From: Epithemia pelagica
Taxonomy: Eukaryota > Protista > Bacillariophyta
Direction: 5' to 3'
Assembly: GCA_946965045.2 (NCBI GenBank)
Contig: OX337241.1
Span: 744,001 to 808,000 of the forward strand
DNA length: 64,000 nt
The translations under genes were made by a program, and so were the position numbers. The notes under the pieces are model-generated. The model had not been told where the DNA came from. It searched no databases and was given only the letters and a program-made list of their open reading frames with translations. This document shows, piece after piece, positions 46,058 through 56,252 of this stretch (the stretch's first letter is position 1; each line of letters starts with the position of its first letter).

Positions 46058-48049
46058 CTAAGAGCCCGTTGTTCCGGACCGACGATGAAGATCAACCCAA
46101 GCCTCATTCAGTTTGATCGTTAGTTGAACAACATGGTATGGTTTCTCAAAGCCATGAACTGGGTCATTCGGACCACTACTAACCGGTGGTTTCAAATGAT
46201 ACCGTCTCACAATATGAAACAATATGGACTTTGCTTCCGCCATTGCCATGGGTTGACCAACGCTGTCACCGACCGAACAAGCAAACAAGGATACAAGGAA
46301 GAAACAGAAGTGTTGGAAAAAGAACATGTCGTTTGGATTCTGACGTCACCTTTGGTCTAGGATGACTTACCAATTCCTTGGACCAACAGAAAACGGAAGG
46401 AACCAATGCTGTCCAGCGGAGGGCGATCCTTTATTATTTTGTCGGACAAGAAACCGTTCGGGATAAAATCTGTTCCCCTCCTCCATTTCATTGACATTGT
46501 CGGATGTGGAATCTCCGAGTTGCGGTGCATACAAGCGGTGAACATAGAGAGGAATCATAAACAACTTGGCTCCCTTGGGAAGAAGCACGGTGCGGTCCGT
46601 ATCGGTAGGATGTCGCAGCTCAATATCTTTGGTCACGACCCGACCAATGGGTGCGGGACAATGCAACCGCAAGGATTCGCGCACCACGGCATCCAAATAC
46701 GGCAAGGCCGCAATTGTCTTGTACGACCACTTTGGTGTTGAATCCCTGCTCACACTGGCAATCTCTGCATATAATTTTTCTTGAATCTCTGGATTATTGG
46801 ACAATTCCCAAAGCGCCCATGCAACTGTGGAAGCTGTGGTATCATGACCAGCAAAGAGCAGCATTCGGACGTTGGCAAACAACACATGTTGTGACATGCG
46901 TTTCCCGGTATCCGGGTCTCGTTTCAACATGTACGACAAAATGTCCTGGGGAGTGCCTTGTTTCGTCTCATTCTCATTATTAGGTGCTGATCGTCCATTT
47001 GCAAGATGTCCCGACTGTTCTTGCTCTTGCTCCATTCGCAAACGTTCTTCCACAATTTTATGGATTGTGCCATCTAATCGCTTGGTGGCCTGACCAAACA
47101 GACGGTTCTCCTGCGTTGGCAAATACTGCCGAAACGGGAGGGGAGAAATGTTGCGCAAGGCCACTGTCGATAAAATGGTGACAAAATCGTCGTAGAGTGT
47201 GTCTCCTTCGGTACTGCTGCTGCTATTGCTATTGCCATGACTCGTTTTGCCATTGTCTTCCGAAACATGTTGTTGTTCCACTTGTTGTCGTTGAGCGGCC
47301 GTAAAAGATTCGACCGCCCCAAAGTAATACGAGAAGGCGACCAAACCCAAAACGTCCATGGTAAAGCGTGCACTCCATTCGGTCGCTTCCAGACGATGGG
47401 CCGTGACAAAAGGTTCCTTACTGGCATTCTTGTTGTTGTTGTCATACAAGGGAAAGACGTGATCCTCCAACAATTTCAAAACAGTATCATGAACATGCTG
47501 GACAAAGTGTGCATTAAAGGCAGGGGCCGCCATTTTGCGCTGATGTTTCCATTCGGGTCCATCCGAGAGCGCCAAGAAACTGGAACCAATGAGACTCTTG
47601 GCAATGGTGTAAATGCGCTTTTCCTTGTCCAGACATTGATAATAAGCTTTCTCGGTCAACAGCTGACGTATCCATTTGGGTTCCAAAATCAAGACTCCAT
47701 TTCGGCATAGAAATGGCAAGTAGAAGGGATGAAACATCCACGCCCGAAAAATGCCCTTGTCTTTGTACTGCGGAAGGCGTGGTAAGTACCATCCGACCAA
47801 GTTGACACTCTTGGGACGATTGGGAATCGTTCCAAATGTGTCCATTAAGGATTTGAAGTGACCAAAAATGGGATGCATGTCATCCCAGGATGGACCAGGA
47901 ATGTCATTGATGCGCTTCACGTACAATCGGTATCGTTGGACACGTCTCCAAAGATAAACGGCTGATACTGTGGAAAGAACCACCCACAAAGTAGTTGTGG
48001 CAGCGTCCCGCTCCTTCCCCGTGTTGAACTGCATGGACAGAAAGGACAT
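46058..48049 (-). CDS. Cytochrome P450, gene 2 (tandem paralog); join(48049..46371,46262..46058)
   Basis: LFAGHDTT, ESLR, FYPERF, and FSVGPRN-C-VG with the same split-Cys intron (TG|C). Confidence 0.95.
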
Positions 48050-48553
48050 GGTACGTAACTTGTCTCTCTTTTATGAACGAGGGTTCTCACAACTGACACA
48101 ATGGATATGTGATGGATGGAATGTGGACACAAATGTTATGAGTTGTGAGACGGCGACAGACGAATCTTTGGGCCCTCTCATCCGCCAGCCACGTCACCGT
48201 CTGAAAGGGGGTGGAAAAAGGGGCGCCCCCGAAAATGGACGTAATGAAAACTGGGAAAAGGAACGGGACCTGCTATCAAAGTAATTCGTCGTTGCCATAT
48301 CCCGTCGCTCTCCATAATGGAGAATGTAGCTGCTCCTATAAACGATGGTTTCAGATATTCATAGTGTCATGTTCATGGTAGAACGCAAGATGGGATAAGC
48401 AGACGTGGAACGAATCCCGTCGCTCCTCACCATCGTGGTTCGGTGCATTCTAGTAGATTCCTTTCTTTATGCTGTGATGATATTGATTCCGTCCCACTCG
48501 GAACTGTTGCACCTCGTATATATGTTCCAATGGCATTCGTATCATCCGACTAC

Positions 48554-49963
48554 TTAGTCGACCCACTTGGTCAAGATCTCGTCCTTCTTGGCGGTGACTT
48601 CCTTTTCGACATCGGCACCCGACATGGAGGCATAGGAGGAGAGATCGACGGCATCTTCCCAGGAGAAGAATTTGATGCCATCCTTTTCGTAGGGTTCACG
48701 TCCGAAATGGCAGTAGGCGGCCGTGACATTGTACTTGGGCTCACGCAAGGCCAAATCACGGGCCAAGGCACCAGGACGGCAGTCAAAGTTGATCTTTACA
48801 ATGTCGGTAATAAGCTTGGCGGTCAATCCTTCCTTCTCGGAACCGTACGTCTCGACGAACAAACTCAAGGGCTTGGCCACACCAATGGCGTAACTCAATT
48901 GGACCAAGGCGCGCTTGCACAATCCAGCCTTGACCACACTCTTGGCCATCCATCGACTGGCGTAGGCGGCCGAACGGTCAACCTTAGTGGGATCCTTTCC
49001 CGAAAAGGCACCTCCTCCGTGAGCACCCCATCCACCGTAGGTATCAATGATAATCTTGCGGCCGGTCAAACCAGCGTCTCCTTGAGGACCACCAATAATG
49101 AATTTACGACTGGGGTTGATGTGAAGGTTGCACGTCTCGCGGTCGTAAATGGAGTAGGCGGATTCGCCGTTCTTGAGCTTGATGGACTTGAGGGTGGCGA
49201 CAATGACATGTTCATGGATCATTTCGTCCATTTCTTCCATGGAGGGAGCAATTTCTTCGTCACCCGTGTAGGCGGGACGGTTGTCCTTGCCGGATTGTTC
49301 TTCGGTACGTTTGGCGCGGGACGGCTCGGCATGTTGGGTGGCAATGACGACCGTGTGGATCTTGATGGGAGTGACACTTCCGTCCGTGTTTTGCTTGTAT
49401 TCGATCGTGACTTGGGTCTTTCCGTCCGGTCGCAACCACCACAAGGTACCGTCCTTGCGCACATCGGTGAGACGCTTGCCAATTTGCGTGGCCATCATGT
49501 GTGTCAAGGGCATGCAGTTTTCCGTCTCGTCCGACGCGTAGCCAAACATGATTCCTTGATCACCGGCACCGACATCCAAATCGGCCTTGCCCACGTGGAC
49601 TCCGCCGGCAATATCGGGCGATTGCTTGTTGATACGGACCAAGACTTCACAGGTATCGCAGCTCAATCCCTTGGATTTGACGGAACTCAAATCGTCTTCA
49701 AAGCTATCGAAACCAATTTCACGCACTTGCGCTCGCACAATGCTTTCATAGTCAATCTTACCGGAGGTGGTAATTTCACCAAAGACCATGACCATGTTGT
49801 CTTTCGTGGCGGTTTCGCAGGCAACTTTGGAGAAGGGATCGGCCTTGAGACAAGCGTCCAAGACGGCATCGGATACTTGATCGCACACCTTGTCGGGGTG
49901 ACCTTCGTTCACAGATTCTGACGAAAACAAAAAGTTACGTTCTTCAGCAGCAACCTTACTCAT
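48554..49963 (-). CDS. MATX: S-adenosylmethionine synthetase, divergent MATX type (469 aa, intronless)
   Basis: [28 protein letters not shown]. Extra segments relative to the canonical neighbour ([13 protein letters not shown]; [16 protein letters not shown]; [13 protein letters not shown]) and a C-terminal extension, as expected for MATX. Confidence 0.9.
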   Translation of the reverse strand: MSKVAAEERNFLFSSESVNEGHPDKVCDQVSDAVLDACLKADPFSKVACETATKDNMVMVFGEITTSGKIDYESIVRAQVREIGFDSFEDDLSSVKSKGLSCDTCEVLVRINKQSPDIAGGVHVGKADLDVGAGDQGIMFGYASDETENCMPLTHMMATQIGKRLTDVRKDGTLWWLRPDGKTQVTIEYKQNTDGSVTPIKIHTVVIATQHAEPSRAKRTEEQSGKDNRPAYTGDEEIAPSMEEMDEMIHEHVIVATLKSIKLKNGESAYSIYDRETCNLHINPSRKFIIGGPQGDAGLTGRKIIIDTYGGWGAHGGGAFSGKDPTKVDRSAAYASRWMAKSVVKAGLCKRALVQLSYAIGVAKPLSLFVETYGSEKEGLTAKLITDIVKINFDCRPGALARDLALREPKYNVTAAYCHFGREPYEKDGIKFFSWEDAVDLSSYASMSGADVEKEVTAKKDEILTKWVD

Positions 49964-50539
49964 GATGGGATTGATCCAAGGATTCTTCTTGTAAAAGAGG
50001 GAAAGTGGCGGTACTGGTGTGTGGTCGACAAAACACGAGAGGATAATTTTTGCGGATTGGCAAAAAAATGCTCTCTTTTCGTCGTGTGTGGGTGCGTATC
50101 TTTGTCTTCGTACCTCATTGGCGCGTACCAAAGGTACGAGGACGAGGGCACATACGTAAGCTTTGCGTCCGACGCGGGAGGCGGAGGCGGAGGTCTGGAC
50201 GGTTTGGTCGCGGCACGTGCAACCGCAACGGCACGTTCTCGTTAGCGCGTCCATCCAACGTCACGGGTCCCGACATGACGACGGTCCATTCATGCCAGCT
50301 GGGTTTTTGTGTGTCGCGGTTCCCCCAATCACCAATGACGAGACGACACACCAATGACGCAAGGAAGATCGACGTACAGACGGGCGGAAATGAGTTTTGG
50401 TTTTCGGCAACAATTATTTCAACAAAAAGCGAAAAACAAAAAACGCAAATCCTCAAGGGTCTGTCATTGCATCGACGGCCAACAACAAGCAAGACAATCG
50501 ATCCTCGATCTTGTTGCTGTGCATACTACCTCCGTCACC
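49964..50539. promoter_or_regulatory. 576-bp divergent intergenic region shared by MATX and MAT
   Basis: Head-to-head start codons. CCAAT at ~50325 and the direct repeat ACCAATGACG at 50331-50340 and 50350-50359. Regulatory function is inferred. Confidence 0.55.
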
Positions 50540-51940
50540 ATGGCAACCGAGTCCTTCTTGTTCACGTCCGAATCGGTCAATGAGGGTCATCCTGGTGAGT
50601 GCGCATACGTGTGGTGGGAACCTGTCATGGTCGTAGAGTTTGGTGTTGACGTGTCGAACCGCGACATGTGTGTCCATTGGCAGTCGTGCTACCTAGGTAG
50701 ATGTGTTCTTTGGTTGGAGCATTCAATGTGTGTCCGAATGGTCCTTCATAGCTCATGGTCATGCTTGCTACCTTCACTTTTGTTTCGTGTTTGAAACCCT
50801 TCCATTTTGCTCCACCACCACCACCACACAGACAAATTTTGCGATCAAGTATCCGATGCGGTCTTGGACGCCTGTGTGAGTGGTGACGAAATGTCACGGG
50901 TGGCCTGTGAAACCTGTTGCAAGACGGGCATGGTGATGATTTTTGGAGAAATTACCACCGCCACGACGGTCAATTACGAGCAAGTCATTCGCGATGCCAT
51001 TAAAGATATTGGCTACGACGACCCGGCCAAGGGCTTTGATTACAAAACCTGCAATGTCATTGTCGCCATTGAAGAGCAATCGCCCGACATTGCCCAATCG
51101 GTCGATGCGGTCAAACCCGAAGACATTGGTGCCGGTGATCAAGGGATCATGTTTGGTTACGCCTCGGACGAGACGGATGAATTCATGCCCCTCACACACA
51201 TGTTGGCCACGCAATTGGGGTCCAAATTGACGGAAGTACGCAAGAATGGGACCTGCGATTGGGTCCGTCCGGATGGGAAAACACAAGTCACGTGTGAATA
51301 CAAGCTCATCAAGGGCGTCCCCGTTCCGCAACGGGTACACACCATTGTCATTTCCACCCAACATTCCGAAGATGTCACACAAGAACAAATTGCCTCCGAC
51401 TTGATGGAACATGTCATCAAACCGGTCGTCCCGGAAAAGTATCTGGATGACAAGACCATCTATCACTTGAATCCATCCGGTCGATTTGTCATTGGAGGCC
51501 CTCACGGAGATGCTGGTTTGACCGGTCGCAAGATTATTATCGATACCTACGGTGGATGGGGTGCCCATGGTGGAGGGGCCTTTTCCGGCAAGGATACCAC
51601 CAAGGTGGATCGTAGTGCGGCCTACGCCGCTCGTTGGGTGGCCAAATCCTTGGTGGCAGCCAAGTTGTGCAAACGAGCTTTGGTGCAATTAAGCTATGCC
51701 ATTGGGGTCCCTCATCCTCTTTCGGTCTATGTCAATTCGTATGGCACCGTCTTGAAGGAAGGCATGACGGATGCCGATTTGACACAAATTGTCAACAAAA
51801 ATTTTGATTTGCGACCGGGATGTATCATTCGTGATTTGAATCTGCGACGACCCGTCATGCGCAAAACGGCCGCCTATGGCCATTTTGGACGCATGGATCC
51901 AGATTTCACCTGGGAGTTCCCCAAGGAATTGCAGTTGTAG
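50540..51940 (+). CDS. MAT: S-adenosylmethionine synthetase, canonical MAT; join(50540..50594,50832..51940), 387 aa
   Basis: [11 protein letters not shown]|DKFCDQ across a phase-1 GT-AG intron, [38 protein letters not shown]. Confidence 0.97.
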
Positions 51941-52326
51941 GTATGTTGGTAGGAGCAACGTATCGTCACGAAACCAGTCTGTTGTTGACACGGGAAAATT
52001 ACCAGATAGAACTAGCGAATAAGACATAAAGCTCAAAAGATTTGTCATGCTGAAATGTTCCATAGAGTTTAAGCTATATGTAGTGTCAAAATGCAACGAC
52101 TTGTGGAAACGACAACTTCTTCAACGCTTGTAAAAATGCAAAAGCTTCGTGATACGACATGGACTGTGGAGTTCTGGTGACTCCATTCCTGGAGGTCAAT
52201 CTTTGCCTGTACAAAACAAAGTGTCTTGACATGGAGCGACCTGCAACCGCGTACAGGAAAAACGTTCGTGGAGAAGTGACCAGAATGGAAACGATTCATC
52301 CTTCACCGAGACCAAAGATCGAGACT

Positions 52327-52671
52327 TCACTGGGAACACGAATGTTGGATGCTAGCCGGACTCGATGATTGTTCGGAATTTGGCATGCCCACCGCTTCCA
52401 ACAACAGCCTTCGCTTGATACGGCGCAACTTGGTGCTCAGTCGCATAACCTTGGCAGAGGATGAGATCACTCGTGGTAAGGCTTCAGCTCCTCCTTGTGG
52501 ATCGTCCGTTTTGTTCAAGCACATGGAAGAGTCGGAGAGGGCTGCCACAAGAAATTCTTCTGGGGCAACAACTGGATGAAGTTTGGGTCCATCGGTTTGT
52601 TCCAGAATCTTGGGTTGAGCAAAGGTAGGAGAACTCTCAATGTCTTGACCAGACTTCATTGCAAGGACCAT
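52327..52671 (-). CDS. Small hypothetical protein with motif LSTKLRRIKRRLLLEAVG
   Basis: Shares a ~17-aa motif with ORF 54038-54295; start uncertain. Confidence 0.45.
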   Translation of the reverse strand: MVLAMKSGQDIESSPTFAQPKILEQTDGPKLHPVVAPEEFLVAALSDSSMCLNKTDDPQGGAEALPRVISSSAKVMRLSTKLRRIKRRLLLEAVGMPNSEQSSSPASIQHSCSQ

Positions 52672-54037
52672 GTTGTTTCTTTCCTTTACAAGGTTCGTTA
52701 TATGGAAAAAAGCACTTGCCCCGTTGGATCCTAGAGAGAGCTATTGTCTCCCACTTCGGTTGGATCAAAATTGTGCCATCGAGAGCAAATTCCCAATATC
52801 TTTTTCGTTGTTCTCTCGGTGATGGTGATGGCTTCGTTGAGGATGACACCCGTATGTGACAGGCGACATTTCTCGAAGTATAGAGATTTCAGTATAGAAG
52901 ACATGTATCTTTGCTCTACTGTGAGGAAATGAGTCGTAGGAAAGAAGCTGACAGCACATAATCAATAATGATTTAAGAGGCTTACACAACCAATCACATC
53001 GTGTCTCTCTCAATTCCCCCCCACCGCCGAGCTACCCATAAGGAATACGTGAATACGAGTGGTAGTAAGCTCTTAATGCCGACAAATTTATCTTCTTTAC
53101 CACTGACATGCTTCTGAAGCTGGGATCCATTTTTTCGTCGCAACAACTACCTAGGTCGGTGAAGGGAATGTTTCTTCGTTCTGGTCTCTTACCACAGTCA
53201 GGTTTCCACTTGGGCTATCAACAATCAACATATCGTCTTCTTTCACGTAGCGCTATTGTTTGTGCTGTCGCTCTTGGCTCTCAGATTACCTAGGTAACTT
53301 GATCCGGAATCGATGCTGCCTTTTCGCTCAGTTACCTTGCTTCTCTCAAAGTGAGAGCCTGGTATATGAGCCTTTATCATCGATGATTCAGCATATGCTA
53401 GGAGCAATAGCGCACGAGGTCTATGCATCAATATTTCTAGCTACCGTGAGATGGCGAATGGCGTCGCTGCCAAATTTCCGCAGACTAATGGTAGTGGAGC
53501 TACCAAAATCCATATGATTGGCAAGTACATTAGATTCTGGTTGGGATTTGAGAGTTGGGTCTTAGGTCTTAGGATTGACTCCACTAACACTCCTACCTGA
53601 TAGTCAACGTTTGGAGTTGCGCTGTTCCGGACACCATATCTCAATCTCCATAGGTAATCTTCTTGGGCTTCGATCAAATTTGGAACATCATCAATCGTAG
53701 TTTCACAAAAACAATTGCACTGAATAGACAATAGACATGAATTCGGAAGGACAATGTCGGTAAAACCTTTTTCTACCTATTCTTTAGAACACATTGTTTA
53801 AGCGTCATGAAAAGAGGAACCTTTTGTCTGAGAACTGAGCAATCCATACATGCGCGAAATGAAGCAGCCTTCGGGTGTACTGTTCGTGCCGAATTCCTGA
53901 GTACTTCTTGGCATAAATCACCTTGGAGAAGGAGCGTCTACATGTGGCTCTATAGATCAACGTGAACTTAAACATGGATCGAACAGAAATGTGAACGAGC
54001 AAAGTTGTCGTCGAGGCTTCCTTCGGTTGACGAGAGC

Positions 54038-54295
54038 TCATTGACAAGGCTGTGGACGACTTCGAGTAGAGGAGGAACTGAACTCACTCCGGAAGATAGC
54101 TTCATCATAATCCAGCCCGACGGCTTCAAGGAGAAGGCGTCGCTTCATGCGCCTTAATTTCGTTGCCAAACCGATGGATGAGTTTGAGGACCCCATCTCG
54201 TATGCATGATGGACTTGGGAAATGCCTCGAGAAGCCTTCTCGATCCTGTTCACCGGGTCTTGTGCAATAGTGACTCCCCGCTCTTCCGCTGCCAT
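54038..54295 (-). CDS. Small hypothetical protein with motif LATKLRRMKRRLLLEAVG
   Basis: Motif shared with 52327-52671 and encoded with different codons. Confidence 0.45.
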   Translation of the reverse strand: MAAEERGVTIAQDPVNRIEKASRGISQVHHAYEMGSSNSSIGLATKLRRMKRRLLLEAVGLDYDEAIFRSEFSSSSTRSRPQPCQ

Positions 54296-56252
54296 TTGAT
54301 TCGCCTTGGTTTAGACCATCTTCGTAGCTTTGACTCTTTGTAATCCTTATTATCTCTTCTTTTTGTGGGGCAAGTTCGTATTTGATAGACTTGTCCAAAT
54401 TGTGATGGAAAGATCGTGATGCTTGACAACAAGAAAGACAAGGAAGAACACAGACGTACTTGTTGTCCTATGACTGCTGTTTTTGACAACAAGACACTCA
54501 TTTAAATGAGGAATACCTTTGAAAGAGTTCTCAGAAAGGAGAACTGAGTGATTTCTTCAAAACCGATTCAGACATAGTAGTGTATGGCCAATCAAACATA
54601 TTCCTTTCTCGAAGCTGATACACGTTGCGGAAGCCAAGGAAGCAGCAACTAACTGCGACTACGGTTTGCTCCTGGAGCAGTCGCATACAATACACCGGCA
54701 CTCGCTCGGTCACCCAAAAATAATCAATACCGATGCGAGCCTGTCGCACTCGCACTCCACCGAGCATTGATGATTGATAGTATTGTACGAGTATACGCTC
54801 TCCTACTAGGAGTATATTATTTCGATCCTGGTAATATGCACTCTAATCTCTAAATGGACACTGTTACTGCGCGACCACGTTCGAAGTAATTCATGTTGCT
54901 GCAGAAATTTGAAATAAACTAATCAAAGAAAAAGATACCGAAGGTGGGAGGGTTGGTATTCAAGAAGGTCGACAGGTCTTCAATCATGACTGTAGCGAGT
55001 TCCCATATGGAAGGTGCTCCGCCTTGTGCCAGGAGACTCTCTGAAGTCGTTTGTTGAGGTGTTCCATATGATGACCTAGCGTTCGGTATCAACGTTTTCG
55101 TGTTCAATGCGATCATGAGATTGTTCTTCCTCGCATCCTTGAAGTGAGTGTTCCTCTTCGTAGCCGACATCGGAGAGTATACATGGCGGGCTGTCCAAAT
55201 GGCTTGCGTATGAATTCTCGATTTTCTGGTCTTCCAGTATCCGATTCCATCCTTGGAGTGCCCCAGTGGCTTTTTCATGAATGTCATAGCCTCCTCGAAA
55301 AATATTTCCCAGAGTACTTGATGTCGTCTTGTGCGATGAGGAACTCACCAACGGTTCGGTCGCTGTATATCGTGAAGCAGTGAGAGGAGACACAGTGCGA
55401 TAACCGAAATGTGAAACATTTAGTTGGTCCGATACGCCACCACCAATGTCTTGCATTGAAAGGCACGGTTCGTTGAAACTGTGGAGCAATCGTTTGGAAT
55501 TTCCACTCGCCTTGGAGGATCGCAAAAGAACGCAACCAAGTCTTCTGGGCAATCCATTACCGGAGGAAGGGAACGATCGGTTCAAGATGGTTGTATTCAT
55601 GGCTTATCTTTTGCTGTGTCTTGCAGATATCGGTGGCAAAGGATTTTTGAGAATATCCAATCGATGTTTTGATGTCTCTCTTGCTGATGTTTGATGTTTG
55701 CGAATACCCCAGACACACCAACCAAATTGTGAGGGAAACAAGATGGCACACAAGAAGAGAACTCATTCGGTTCGGCATCAACTCTACGTGGTCGTTCGGT
55801 CGTCGGAGTACTTCTTTTTCTATAGTAAACAACAAGCGCCCCCCCGGTCCATCACAATGAGGCTGACGTGGTACTTGACCAGATGGGCTGGTTCCCATAT
55901 TTGGAATTTTAAATTCGTCTGGACAGACGGGCAATCCTCCTTGCTCCTTGCACATTTTTAGATCGCTTAAGCGTCGCCTTTATTTTATTTAGAGCGACTT
56001 TCATGCGACCTTTCCAAATCCGAAGCTCCACGCGCCGAGAACAAACAGCGATCTTTACTATCCACCAAACAGTAGACTCGGGACTCAAGACAACGGAAGC
56101 ATCTTTGCGGTCCAATGTTGTCTCACACCAAGTTTCTCATTGCATCTTTTGGCAGTGTCCCATGTCCACTCGAGATGGATTTGAGCTCGGTGGCTTTCAG
56201 ATAAGCAAAGCGAGGATCTTGGTTCGTGCTTGTCATCAAACATATTGACGGT

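Noticed and set aside
48443-49921. 492-aa plus-strand ORF
   Set aside because: Antisense shadow of MATX, explained by biased codon usage; no recognisable motifs.
49964-50254. N-terminal extension of the 566-aa MATX ORF
   Set aside because: The track used an upstream non-ATG start; homology begins at [13 protein letters not shown] (ATG 49963).
50807-50831. MLHHHHH poly-His start of the MAT ORF
   Set aside because: It is the CAC-rich 3' end of the intron; the true first exon is 50540-50594.
50894-51688. 264-aa minus-strand ORF
   Set aside because: Antisense shadow of MAT.
54919-55955. Minus-strand ORFs of 122-174 aa
   Set aside because: Possibly a fragmented or spliced gene, but no family or splice model could be supported.
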